Assembly (NCBI GenBank): GCA_051294375.1
Contig: CM119263.1
Location: forward strand, 78,943 to 142,942
Source of the DNA: Paraspadella gotoi
Lineage: Eukaryota; Animalia; Chaetognatha
DNA: 64,000 bases
Direction of reading: 5' to 3'
The translations under genes and the position numbers were made by a program. Positions 28,022 to 40,500 of this stretch are shown here, piece after piece (the stretch's first letter is position 1; every line of letters starts with the position of its first letter). A model generated the notes under the pieces. That model worked only from the letters and a program-made list of their open reading frames with translations, did no database searches and was not told the origin of the DNA.

Positions 28022-28052
<31 letters not shown>

Positions 28053-28255
28053 ACCATAAGCCCCGCCTGTGGAAGACGATGAGGCGAGCAGTTCACTGTC
28101 CGTTGCAAGTCACGAACCTCGGATCGGGCTGTAGTCCGTCACTACAGGTGGTTTAGACGCCCCGTCGCGCTTTCGTGCGTGAATCAGCAGGGAGCGAACC
28201 CGAGTCCTTTGGGTTGGGAGGAGCTCGTGCTACCTCCGGCGCCCAAGGTGCTGCT
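28022..28255 (-). mobile_element. tRNA-derived SINE-like element, family 2 (duplicate copy)
   Basis: Same A-box-like motif, B box and (AG)n tail as 19625-19860. Confidence 0.6.
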
Positions 28256-28407
28256 AATTCTCGGATGAGTAACAGGTTATGAAATACTAGCGCTATACGT
28301 TCATCTATTTTTTCCTTTGTTGCGAAAAGAAGGAATCAGTTCCTCTGCCATTCTCTTGCTATTTCGATTGAGGAAGCGAAAAGAAAGATTATCCCTTCGG
28401 AAATAGG

Positions 28408-28464
<57 letters not shown>

Positions 28465-29014
28465 GGCGCCGGAAGGAAAAAGAAAGGATAGAGAGCGAGT
28501 GAACCTGCGGCTTGAAACCGAATCGGAAACGTGATTCGCGATTCCATCGCCGCCCGAGGGTTCCACGCAAATTAAGTTACATCCCTTCTCTTCGCTTTCA
28601 AACTTATTACATCCTTTCTTTCATCCCCATTTTTTTCCATCTAATTTGGGATCGTCTTTCGTCCGTCAAAAAGAAAATGAAGAAGCCAAAAATTTTGATG
28701 AAAAGAAAATTATTTTCCAGATCGATGGGCGTTGAAAGGAAGATGAATTTTCGCGAATGAGATTAAGTACAATTCTTTAATTTTTATGTTTTTTTATGGT
28801 AAAAACTCGAATTTATATATCATTTTACTAACCATACGACTTCAAACATCAAAAGTTGTCATTTCATTTTTCCATTTTACGTATTTTGAGTCAATTATTT
28901 TGTTCTTCCATACGTTATACCCAAATAATATAAGCAAAATTTTCTGTCATTTTTTTCTGATGTATGGAAAATTCGGTTATAATTTGGTCTATCGTTATTT
29001 AAAAAAAAAAAAAA

Positions 29015-29047
<33 letters not shown>

Positions 29048-29058
29048 GAGAGAAAGAG

Positions 29059-29112
<54 letters not shown>

Positions 29113-29119
29113 TGTCATT

Positions 29120-29144
29120 NNNNNNNNNNNNNNNNNNNNNNNNN
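29120..29144. other. Assembly gap (25 N)
   Basis: Run of exactly 25 N. Confidence 1.
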
Positions 29145-29279
29145 AGGAGAGAGGGAGTAGATGGGTTCATATCGCCATACAGTTATCAAGTTAGCCGCAA
29201 GATTGGTATTCTCTTCAGTGTCTCGTGCAGTATATCAATGTCATTTGAGCCAGCGATTCGCGCGGCAGAATTTGTATCT

Positions 29280-30200
29280 CTCGGATTCCATCTAATTGAG
29301 ATGCGGTGCCTCTAGGATCTACGTCAAAAAGAAATATGCGATAGCGCAGGGGCTCCGAAAATCTTTGGATGCGGAAAAGAAAACTCTATTGTTTCGTCGC
29401 CACAGCGATCGGGTATACGCGGGGCACCTGTTTGCCACAAGGGAGAGGAAGGTGTCTGTTGTAACGGGATGTTCCGTTTGAAGGGAGTAGGGTGGTGAAT
29501 GGCGGCCCGGGCGATTGACTTATTACCCGGCGAATGGGGAAGAGTTAAGGTAAGCCAATTCCTTGTAATTTTTTATGTTTTTTTTGATGGGTATAAAAAA
29601 GCGTCCGAATTTACTATAGTCATTTTACCTAACGCATGCATAGATTAACGCCTTCATACGTCAAGCTTCACGATCGTTGAATATTGCATATCATTTCTTC
29701 ACCCAGTCTTTACGTAAGTTTCTTTGCTGGGGAGGCTAGTCAATTTTTTCCTTTTATCGTGAATGACTCCATTGGCGCTCAGATAGTCTTTTAACCGCTC
29801 TTTCTACTCTACCTTTTTCCTTTTCATTTTTCCGGCGTTTCCTCTTCTTCCCACACATAATCATAAAGCCCTTATTACCCTTTTTTGCTTTTGGTCATCC
29901 TCTTTTTTATTCCCAGTGAAATGGTATTGGAGAATATATTTTCTCCGGTTGTGTCACAATCTGTGTCTTTTTGCTCTTTTCGCGCCTTTTCGTAATCGGT
30001 CCTGGAATTCTCCATCTTTAAAACAAAAAAAATAAAAAAGGAGAGGAGAGATTGGTATGGAAGCGCGCCGAGATACGAGGACGAGAGAGCGCAGACGGGA
30101 GAGAGAGAGAAGAGAGAGACTATGTAGGCGGAGATAAACCAAGAAGAGGAAACGGTGCAGAGACGCATGAGAGTGAAGAGGATGCAGCAATGGCAGAAAT
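29280..30200 (+). repeat. Insertion-riddled third copy of about 28630-29110
   Basis: For example TTCCATCTAATTGAGAT...CGTCAAAAAGAAATATG and AATTTTTTATGTTTTTTTTGATGG follow 28635-28800 but are stretched by scattered insertions. Confidence 0.8.
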
Positions 30201-30581
30201 ATGAGAGAGATGGCGGACAGGTTGTCGATAATCGTCTCTATTATTAGATTATACGCTTCGTGTGAATATTGAGCAAGCTAGCGGAAGAGCGCGCCGCATA
30301 ATTTGCCTCTCCTGGTGTACGTATCACTCTGAATTTGGTTAACATGGGCTGCGCGTTTAGACGTGCATCACACTGCTCTAGTGTTTCTAGACGTAGCTGG
30401 ACCAAGCTGCTCGCGCGCCTGATGGATTGAGGTGTCGTATGTTATCGGCTGGCTCTTGGCGCTGGCTGGCTGTGAGGGCCGGATTTCGTGGCGGGACAAT
30501 CCGACGCTGCTTCCATCTCGTTTCCGGCCGACGGGATCTTGAAAACCGCCAATTGAAACTTCCATAACCCCGTCTTGTTGA

Positions 30582-30658
<77 letters not shown>

Positions 30659-31324
30659 AGAGAGCAGCGGATTCGCATGAACAATGCAAAAAAAGGGAAC
30701 GATTCCATCATTCTTGGCTTTTGAAAAGAATGGAACCGGATCTCAGGGTTTTAACTGGAATTCAATCTGCGATGCGGAAACGCGATCTCGGATCGGAACC
30801 GGATCTAGGATCTACACCCCTTTGCTACCCCCTCTGCCACTCCCTCTGCCACTCCCTTTGCCACTTCCTCTGATGAAAGGCATTTCTCGCGGGGTTTACT
30901 CAGTCAACATCATAAGCACCATAAACTGTAGAAAAGCTGTTTGTTCAACATGATTGGCCATCGTCTATAAATCTTACGTTTTCCGAGATCGTTGTTGTCG
31001 TTGTCGTTGTTGTAGATGTCGTTGTTGTAGTTGTCGTTGTCGTTGTTGTAGGTGTCGTTGTTGTAGTTGTCGTTGTCGTTGTAACGGGGAGGCGTGGTGC
31101 GTCCATTGTCATGGCGACGCGTGGTTTGAGAGTGGAGAGAATTTTTCGATCCGAAAGATTAGGTAAAAAATATCGCGAGAAAATGGATTTTTTCTTTTTT
31201 TTGCTCGCGAAGAAAAAAATGGAAAGAAAAGGAAAATCTTTAAAATAAAATCTTAAGAGGAAATAAAAATGGCGAAGACGATAAGAGATTTTAAAAAGAG
31301 AGAACGGATTGAAAGAAAAAGGAC

Positions 31325-32230
31325 CTTTCCTATGCTTTTGCTTCCTTTCCTTTCCTATTCTTTCTTTCCTTTTCCTTTCTTTCCCATTCCATTTCCATTC
31401 ATACTCATATAGACCATTCTTCCTATTCCTTTCTTTCCTTTCCTTTCCTTTCTTTTATTCCAATTCCATTCCATTACTTATCCTTTCTTTTCTTTTACTT
31501 TCCTTTTCTTTCTTATCGTCTTTCCTTTACTTTCGATTCCCTTTCCTTTCCATTCCATCCAGTTTTCCATTTCCTTCCATTCTTTTCGCTTTTCCTTTTT
31601 CCCTTTACCTTCTTTTTCCTTGTCCTTTCGCTCTTAGTACTTTTCCTTTCCGTTTTCCATTTCTTCCTTCTTCTGCTTTTCCCTTTATCCTCTCCTTTCC
31701 TTTTCTTTTCTTTATCTTTTTGTTCTTTTCTTTTCTGTTCTTTTATATTCCTTTCCTTTTGTCCGTGTTTTTCTTTTCTTCTTTCCTGAGATTTCCTTTC
31801 CTTTCCTTTCTCTTTCTTTTCTTTTCATTTCTCTTTTCGGTTTCCTTTTCCTTTCGCTTTCCTTTTTCCCTTTCCGTTCTCCTCCTCCTTTCTTTTCCTG
31901 TCCTTTTCTTTCCTTTTCCCCTTTATCCCTTTCCTTTCCTTCTTTCCGATTTTCCTTCATCATCTATCCTTCCATCGATTTCCATTCCATTCCATTCCCT
32001 TTCCTTTCTTTCCTTTCTTTCCTTTCCTTTCCTTTTCCCTTTCCTTTTTCCTTTCCTTTTCCTTTCCTTTCCTTTCCTTTTCCTTTCCTTTCCCTTTCTT
32101 TTTTTTCTCCTTTCTTTTCTCTTTTCCTGTTCCTTTCCTATTCCTTTCTTCCTGTTCTTGTCTCTTTTTTCTTCTTTTTCCTTTCCTTTCCACTCCGTTT
32201 CCTCTCCTCCTCGCTTTTCCTTTCCTTCCC
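31325..32230 (+). repeat. ~900-bp polypyrimidine (TTTCC-rich) tract
   Basis: C/T-dominated. The 351-aa F/S/L/P ORF is a by-product. Confidence 0.9.
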
Positions 32231-33010
32231 CCTTGGTGATTATTTGTCACACTCTCCAATTACCTTCCCACTACTGTCTGGTTCCCTTATCCTCCCGATT
32301 TCCCACTTACCGTTCTAATCTCACAGTCCACCCCCGGACCCGCATAAAACATCTGATGTGGTGACGAAGAAAATTCTAAGAAAAGCAATTTTGGGCTTCG
32401 CTGACGTAAACAAAAGAGACATCTTCGTTGTCTTCTCTTAATCTCAGCTTGGAAAATTCATAGAGTTTTTTCAATCAATAAAAGGGAATAGAGAAAAGAA
32501 ATTATTGAGAGAGAGAGGAGGAGCTCAGTACGAATGAGACATGAATCAATTTAGCCTTGGGTCTGTAAAGGATATTTTTCGCTTTAACGAGCGAGTGACA
32601 TTAATTAACGAGAACGTGATATTTGTTTAGCCTAAACAACTACAGCTCAGATTAGAATGGATCAGACGCGCAATAAATCGAAAGTAATCAAAGAAATATG
32701 TAATTTTTAACATAAACTCTGAGATAGACTTACACGAGGAGTCTATTTGTAAATGTATTCCAGTTATTTTAAAAATAAACAGAAGAGCGTCGAAAAAATT
32801 TTGTACATTAAAAACATATGACCCACCCCCAAAAAATCGTTTTTATGGGAGAAATTTATCAATGTAACAAAAATTACTTTAAATATGTACAAGATCATTA
32901 AAAAAAATTAAATGATTGAAATATCGACGTAATGAAAAAGATGTTTTCGTAAAGGAAAGAGTATCACGATTTTGATAAGATTTTTCAGACAAACTTCAAA
33001 ATTAAATTTG

Positions 33011-33016
33011 TTTATT
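33011..33016 (-). promoter_or_regulatory. Candidate polyadenylation signal AATAAA of the tetraspanin gene
   Basis: TTTATT on the plus strand, about 45 nt downstream of the TGA stop. The AT-rich context makes a chance match possible. Confidence 0.45.
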
Positions 33017-33061
33017 ATCCTCCTCAACCATTATATATTCCACACACACAACGAGTCTTCA

Positions 33062-33811
33062 TCACACAGCGACGTAAGGTTTCCTCATTCTTTGAAACAA
33101 AACGCAACCAACTGTCATAGCGAATATTTCGAAGGCGCCTAGTCCGAGCATGACGGCGCCAAGGGCCCAGAATCCCACGCGGAACGCCGCCTCCAGTTGT
33201 CGAAAGCATCCATCGGCGTCGATCGAGGCGCCGCAGTCGGTTCGACCCAACGCTTCGCCGATTCCCGCGGGATCCCTCAAGCCGCAACAAGCATGGTCGC
33301 GTTCGAAGGCGATTCGATCCGCGTCGTCCAGCGCCGACCACGCCTCTTCCACTAAGCGCTCGAAACCTTCGCCGATACGCGCCGCCACCGGGTCTGGCGA
33401 ATCGGAAGACGCCGCCGCGAAGAAAGCGGCGCCCAGCAGAGCCAGGGTCAGCAGCAGCGCCAGAAGCAGGGCGGTGAAGAAGGCGGCCAGGCAGGACTTG
33501 GCGCCGCGCCAGGCGCCGATGCAGCCTAGGAACCCGGCGAGAAAGAAGACGCCGCCGAGAGCAAGAAGACTGCGCGCCGCGAAACGAACGTAAGATGAGA
33601 CGACGAAGACGGCGTCGTCGGCGGATGGCGGCGTCGGATTGGCGGTGACGCCGGGATGGTCGAGGCCAGGATCGGCGCCACCCAAGACGATTCGGTCGAC
33701 GAATCGACGATCGAATTCGGCGAAGAAACCGCAGCCCAAAAGGATGAGACCGAAAATCCAGAGCAAAACATTGGAAGCGTAGAGTAGATTTTTGAGGCAA
33801 GAGAATCGCAT
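33062..33811 (-). CDS. Tetraspanin family protein, 249 aa, single coding exon
   Basis: Four hydrophobic segments. The N-terminal CLKNLLYASNVLLWIFGLILLGCG and the GFLGCIGA...KSCL TM2/TM3 junction match tetraspanin signatures. The large loop has CCG and GC, TM4 has a polar E, and the C-terminus is YVAV. The ATG has A at -3, and the ORF is a sharply GC-rich island in AT-rich flanks. Confidence 0.93.
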   Translation of the reverse strand: MRFSCLKNLLYASNVLLWIFGLILLGCGFFAEFDRRFVDRIVLGGADPGLDHPGVTANPTPPSADDAVFVVSSYVRFAARSLLALGGVFFLAGFLGCIGAWRGAKSCLAAFFTALLLALLLTLALLGAAFFAAASSDSPDPVAARIGEGFERLVEEAWSALDDADRIAFERDHACCGLRDPAGIGEALGRTDCGASIDADGCFRQLEAAFRVGFWALGAVMLGLGAFEIFAMTVGCVLFQRMRKPYVAV

Positions 33812-35684
33812 CGTGGGGAGAGAGGGTGAGTTTAAAAAGTAAGTGAAAAAAAGAAAGTTTCGGCGAAAGATAAGGTTAATTATTAGGATATTTTTATTTC
33901 AATCCAATAGTTTGTTTTTTTAAATTGAATGCAATGATTTCCTTTATTTAATTTTTTTGGACGATTATTTGTTTTTATTATTAAACAACAAAAGTTAAGC
34001 CATCGATTTTTTTTGGTTTTGTATAATTATTTTAAATATTGTATTTTAGTTTTATTGTAGATGAAAGTTTTCGTGAAAAAAAAGTTTCTCGAGCAGAAGT
34101 TTTGATCTCAAGCAAATGTTGGGGAGTTTGAAAAAGAAAAAAAATGTTTTTTTTCGAAAAACGGTCGTCGTCTTCGCGTCGTCGTCGTCTTCGTCGTCGT
34201 CCATCGTTTTCGTCGTCTTCATCGTCATCATCGTCCCGGGTCCAATAGACCAAAAAAGTCGAAAACAAAAATTTTCGCTTACATCAGGATTAGTCGCCTT
34301 ATCGTGTTATTTATATCTCCCTTCGCTTTTTTTTGCTTTGTATTAAAACTTAAATTCTAAATATAAAAAATAAAAATAAAAAAAAGATTTTCAAAAAATG
34401 AATAAAAAAAAAGTTCAAAACATTTAAAATGGGGGATTTATCATGACGAAAATTTTTTTTCGGAGGATATTATAAGATTTGAACTTGGCTTCGTTTACAA
34501 AATTTGAAGTTTGAAATATGTTTACAATTTAGTGACAGAATTTCATATCCTGTTTTCGATAGAGATTATTGTGGTTTTATTCTAATTAATGCTTTTGCGT
34601 ATGTCCTCTTCATCAAAGTTTTTTATAACAGGGAAATCCTAAAATATAAGAATAAAAGACGAAATTTTGATGCAGTTCAACGGGCTAAGAAAGTTATTGG
34701 AGTCAACATGTCACGTATTTGTCAATTCATCAATGTCATGTCACGGATTCATCAGTTACGAGAACACATGAGATAAGGCAGTCACTGCGGCGCAACACAT
34801 TTGAATTACCGTTCTTGTTTTTTAGAATATAATCTACAGATTCTCTTCGAAACTCGATCCTGATTTTAGCTTTCTGACGAAGAAAAAGTTTGGATTCGTT
34901 TTCGAGTAAAAGAAATTTATTATTAATTTTTTTCTTTTGGTTAAAGTTGAAACAAGGAAGAATTTTTATCTTCATCCCACTTTTTCAATTCCTTTGTCTA
35001 GAGATCATTACCTTCAAAATCTCTAATTTATTTAACGATATTATTTTAAATTCACTAACTTTCAACCAATTTCTAAGGTCGGGAATATTTTCAATTAAAC
35101 TTGACCAACTTTCTTTCTGAATTCATCATTCATAATCCATTCCATAGTCATTAGTCAAAACAATACTTTTCAGCCTTATTTTCCGAGAATGCCCAATTTA
35201 ATCTTAAATTTAGAAATAAGTTAAAGATTAAGTTAAAGATTAAGTTAAAGATTAGGTTCGAGGTTAAGGTAAAAGAGTATATTAGGGTTAAGGATTAGCA
35301 TTATGGATTATGGTTGGGGATTAGTATTTAGGTTAAATATTGAATTAAAGGAAAAACGAACAGAACTGGGGCACTCTTGAAAAATAAAGCCTTATCTTCA
35401 ATAGTCTTCATTTTCTCTCCTATAACTCGATCTTTCTTTCCCCACAATTTTCTTCCTAATTATTTTCGTCCAGTTTCGAAATTTCTTTCTGGCGCTGCGT
35501 CGAAATTCTCCCGCGTCCAGTTCATCTTCGCCCCTCTCCCTCTCTCTCTCCTCTTCTCTCTCTCTCTCTCTTCTCTCTCCCTTCTCTCCTCTCCCCTCAT
35601 TCCCCCCTTCCCCTTTCGCCATCCCCCCCCAGAAGCGAAAAAGGATCGGTCGGTCGGTCTACGTCATCGACCCGAAAGAAGGGT

Positions 35685-35860
35685 TTGGGGCGGGGGTAGG
35701 ACCCGGTGGTGGGACCCGGGGTACAGGATGGGCCCCGGGTGGACCGGGTGGGACCGGGGGGACGCTGGACCCGGGGGTGGGACCCGGGGGTGGGACAGGA
35801 CGTGGGACCGGGGTGGGACCAGGGGGTGAGGGAGGGTTGAGTGGGTAGGGGATCGGGAAC
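35685..35860 (+). repeat. G-rich ~13-bp repeat GGGTGGGACCGGG
   Basis: Tandem GGG-run units with G-quadruplex-compatible spacing. Confidence 0.8.
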
Positions 35861-35959
35861 GAGGGGAGATGCGGATGAGTGAATGAGTCCAATTAGAGAC
35901 ATCAACATTTTGAAAAATGTTGACTCAAAGAATCAAGAATGTCGACGTCATTACTGGGA

Positions 35960-37238
35960 GAGGCGTCGCGGTCGTCGCGTCGGTCGCGTCCGTCGGTCGG
36001 TCGGTCGGTCGTCCGTTCGTCGGTCGTCGTCGGTCGTCGGTCGTCGTCGTCGTCGGGTCGGGTCGCTCGTCGGGGTCGGCTCTGGTCGTGCGTCGGTCGG
36101 TCGCGTCGTCGGTCGTCGGTGGTCCGTGGCGTCGGTCGTCGTCGGTCGGGGTCGTCGCGTCGTCCGTGTGGTCGGTCGCGTCGGTCGGGGTCGCCGTCGG
36201 TCGTTCGGGTCGTCGTGCGTCGGATCCGGTCGTCGTCGGTACGCGGTCGTCTCGTCGGTCGTCGTCGGGTCGGTCGTCTCCGTCGGCTCGGCATCGGTCG
36301 TCGGTCGCTCGGTCGGTCGTCGTGTCGTCGTTCGCGTTCGTTCCACGATCCGGCTGTGTATGCGTTGCGAGAAAGAGTGTCCCTGATGCCGTCGGTTCAC
36401 TGTTGTCGGTCGGATCGCTCGTCGGTCGTCCGTCGTCTGTCGTGGCGTCGGGTCCCATTCCAGGCATGAGCTCTTCGGCTATCGCGCAACCGCCCCGCTG
36501 CCCGTCACGTCGCAAGCGCCGGCGCGGTGGCCGGTCGGTGTCGTCGGTCAGGTCGGTCGGCTCGGTCGGTCGGTCGTCGGTCGTCGGTCGTCCGTCGGTC
36601 GGCGTTCCGTCCGTCGTGTCGTAGCGGGTCGGTCGGTAGGTCGGTCACCGTCGTCGGTAAGTCCCGGTCGCGTCGTCACGGTCGTCGTCGGTCCGGTCGT
36701 CCGACGTCGGTGCGTGACGCCGTCGTCGGGTCTCGTCAGTCGGTCTTTTGTCGGTCGCTCGGTCGGGTCGTCGGTCGTCGGTGCGTCGTCCGGCTCGTCG
36801 GTGTCGGTGCCGTCGTGCGGTCGGCTCGTATCAGTTCCCGTTCGTCGTCGTCGTCGGATCGTCGTCGGTCGGCTCGTCGTCGTGCGGTCGTGCCGCAGGT
36901 CGTCGGTCGTCCGTCCGTCGGCTCGTCGTCGTCGGCGTCGTCGGTCGGTCGGTCGGTTCGCCGTCCGGGTCGGTCGTCGTCGGTCGCCTCGTCGTCCGTC
37001 GGTCGCTCGTCGGTCCGGATCGTCCCGCGGGTCGGTCGCTCGCGTCGTCGTCCCGTCCGTCGGTCGTTTGTCGGTCGGCTCGGTCGAGTCGTCGGTGCGT
37101 CGTCGTCGTCGTCCGTCGTCCGTCCGTCGTCGGTCGTGCGGTCGTCGGTGTCGACGACTCCGTCGGTCGTCCGTCGTCGTCTGTCCCGGTCGTCAGGGTC
37201 GTCGGTCGTTCGGCTCGTCGTGTCCGTGCGTCCGTCCG
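35960..37238 (+). repeat. Compound (GTC)n/(GGTC)n CpG-rich microsatellite, about 1.3 kb
   Basis: Mosaic of GTC, GGTC and CGTC with very few A. The R/S/V and T/D/R ORFs are by-products. Confidence 0.95.
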
Positions 37239-38089
37239 AGAATCATGGAGGAAACATTGGGAATAGTTAAGACCAAGAAGTTCTAATAAATTTAGAACGA
37301 AACATATTTCAAAGGTGAAAACCAATAATTGAATAAAATAATAGCGTGATGGAAATTTGTATTGGGTCCTGCACTGTCGAAATCGCGTGAGTGATGAGAA
37401 GAGTAGGAGAAGAGAGAGAGAGAAGATGAAGAGAGAGAGAGAGGGGAGAGAGAGAGAGAGAGGCAGGCGGACAAGGAGAATGAAAAACGAAGGAAAAGTT
37501 TTCTTAGTACGCGAGAAATCTCTTGCTGAGCGCCCCAGAGGTAGGCAGATCATGACCCGAAAGGACGGAGGGGCCGGAGATGGGAGACAGAGAGCAGAGT
37601 GGAATGCGAGAGAGAGAAGAAGAGAGAGAGAGAAAGAGAGAGAGAGAGAAGAAGGAGGAAGAGGAGAGAGAGAGAAAAGAGAGAGAGAAGGAGAGAGGAG
37701 AGCAGAGCAAGAGAGACAGTTCTGAACACAAATACCCATGCCTTCGACAACTGGGAAAAGGGAGAACGACAAAACTTAAGCGAACATCGTGAGGTAGAAA
37801 GAGAAGAGAGAAGAGAGGAGAGAGAGAGAAGAGACCAGAGACAGAGAGAGAGAGAGAGCACAGCAAGCACGAGAGAGAGAGGCCCGAGTATCTAGCGAGG
37901 AGATGTAGGGCAAAACAATTACGACACGCTGGAGCGGCACTTATACGCTTTAGCGAAGGCGAGGGACAAGGAGTGAGTGGCCAATATTGTTTGTTTAATG
38001 TTAAAATCAAAGTTAAAATCTTGACGTTAAAAAAAAAAAATCCGTCAGTTTCGTTCGTAAATCTTCGCTGATATAAAAGTGAGAATTTA

Positions 38090-38292
38090 AGGTTGGAGAT
38101 GGTTGGAGATGGTTAGAGATGATTGGAGATGGCAAGAGATGGCTAGAGAAGTTAAAAATGGCTAGAGATGGTTAGAGATGGTTGGAGATGGTTAGAGATG
38201 GTTAAAGATCGTTGAAGATGGTGGGAGATGGTTATTGATGGTTAGAGATAGTCAGAGATGGTTAGATCTGGTTAGAGATGGTTGGAGATGAA
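38090..38292 (+). repeat. 10-bp minisatellite GTTAGAGATG
   Basis: About 20 tandem variants. An inverted degraded copy lies at about 56335-56515. Confidence 0.93.
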
Positions 38293-39160
38293 GATAGTTA
38301 CGGGGAAGGAGATGATAGTGAACATAGGAATGGATGAAAAAAAGCTCAGATATTAATAAATGAAATATTAATTAATCTCTCATCTAACTTCCTTCCCTAT
38401 CGCGATATCACATTTTTGGTCAGTTCAATGTCATTTCACTGCTTTTTATACTTACCTTTCACGACTTCCCCTCCTCAATTCTACTTCTTTCACTTACCCT
38501 CATTTTTCTCTCCTCCACTTTCCCTTCTTATTCTCATTCCGCATTTATAACAAAAATACGAATTCTATTTTCCAAGCGACTCGTCCATTGTGCTCTTTTG
38601 TTTTTCCTCTCCTGTTATTGTTGCTGCAGGACTAATCAAATGGCGGCATTTCAGAATAAAACCAACACAAATTTAATTTGAAAAGAGAGACAACTTTTCC
38701 GCGAGTTTAATGATATTTTAGTATAGCAATTAAAATAGGAATAGTTTAAAAAAAAACAAACATAGATATGCTACATAGTAAATAAACTTCGGAATGGATT
38801 TAATAATACTAACATTGATTGATAAGCGAAGTTTACTACTATTTTATAATAAGATCGAATGAAATAAACAGTTAAATAAATAAATATTTAAATAAAAATA
38901 TTATACGTATTAAATCAAGATTCTAAATGTTAACTGAAGCTATGAATCATATTACTACAAATTTGTTTTCATTTTACTACGAACTTCCCCCATCGTCTTG
39001 ACTCTGAAAGAGAGTGACATCACAAATGGGAAATCCTGGCCAGATGACGCTGAACAGATTTTTCCCTATCGCCCGAAAAAAAAGGACGAATCACCCAGAA
39101 AAAAGTTGAAACGAAAAGCGGATGTGTTGGGATCTCCATCTCAGAGAGAGATTAGACAGG

Positions 39161-39199
<39 letters not shown>

Positions 39200-39249
39200 A
39201 TGGAAGTAGTCTATACTACGGATGTATATTAATACACTTGCGTATGAGT

Positions 39250-40500
39250 TAGACTGGATTCTGACAATTTCATCATGCTCCTAAGTGCATTCATGTTCGG
39301 TAATAGATTATTTAACAAAGACGAATGGAGAATAGGAAATGCATTAGAGAATGGGTAGAAAATGAGACTGCAGTTACGAGGTATAATAATGAAGATATAT
39401 AATTAAGTCTCTCCATCGTACCACTTTCCTTCCCGCGATATACGATATCTAGTTAATTTTGGAAACATAAGAATTATCGATCAGATGCTCATGAATTCCA
39501 GGTACGCATGTCGTCTTCGGTGTAATATGTACATTACGTGTTATCGCACGTGGACTATGTCGGTGGGTGCGCGGGGGGTCCGCTAGGTTGTGGCTCAAAG
39601 TGGAGTGTGGTCTAACTATATTCTTACCTTACCGACTACATATATTTATCTCCCTCGCTCCACCTTAAGATTCTCAGCGCACGCATCTCTATTCTCATTC
39701 CTGTCTCATCTTCCATATCGAAGCAGATATGAATATACGAGATTTCTATTTTATAACGCAAGCGACTCGTCCAAAGCGTGTGACTCTTTTGTTTTTCGCT
39801 CATCCTGTAATATTGTTGCTAAACCAATTCATTCAACCGCTATATTGCCTTACGGACTTAATCTAACTACGCCGCGCAGTTCTCCATGAAACATAATCAC
39901 CAAACACCCAAAGTGTTCAATTAGCAAAAGAGGAAGACACCCAGCTTTTTCCGGCGAGTTTATCTATCGCAGACTCCATTCTATATAGCAATAAAATAGC
40001 ACCATGAAGTATTACAAAAACCACAATACAAACAATAGATATGCCCTATCGACATAGTACACCCTATCAAACTCGGAATGGATTTAATAATACTAACCAT
40101 TGATTGATAAGCACGAAGTTTTCACTCTACTATTCTTTATTATATAAGATCGATGAAATTAAACACGCTTTAAAATAAATAAATATTTAAATAAGAAAAT
40201 CCATTATACGTATTACACACTGACAATGTAACTTCCTAAAGTCGCATAACCTGAAGCTATGATCATATTGGAGGGCCGCTTCGAACCGTCCTTTACAGGT
40301 CAACGCCCCAAATTTGTCTCTTTCTAACTTAGGCCGGTACGACACGTCCTGCCCAATCCCGCTCTTGACTCCTTGAAACGCGAGCGCGCACGTCCAGTAG
40401 CCCGATCTCCAAGCGCGAAATTCCCTCGTCTCTGTCTTCCGCGTCTCCCAGGACCCATGTACCGCTGAACTCCACACAGAATTTTCTCACTATCGCACTC
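39250..40500 (+). repeat. Insertion-riddled copy of about 38290-39150
   Basis: Anchors AAGCGACTCGTCCA (38574 vs 39760) and CGGAATGGATTTAATAATACTAAC (38790 vs 40074), stretched by insertions. Confidence 0.85.

Larger units (their letters stand above)
34730..39195 (+). repeat. Block X, inverted copy at 55380-59250
   Basis: AGATAAGGCAGTCACTGCGGCGCAACACATTTGAATTACC (34771) is reverse-complemented at about 59172-59212, and GATGTGTTGGGATCTCCAT (39121) at about 55414-55432. Confidence 0.93.

Noticed and set aside
30954-31166. Cys-rich ORF resembling a metallothionein
   Set aside because: Encoded by a (GTT/GTC)n microsatellite with a TTG start.
33024-33800. 258-aa, 147-aa and 81-aa ORFs overlapping the tetraspanin
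   Set aside because: Shadow frames of a GC-rich CDS with no motifs.
35215-35300. TTAGGG/TTAAGG-like repeats as an interstitial telomere
   Set aside because: Only isolated, degenerate units within a TTAAAGATTAAG repeat.
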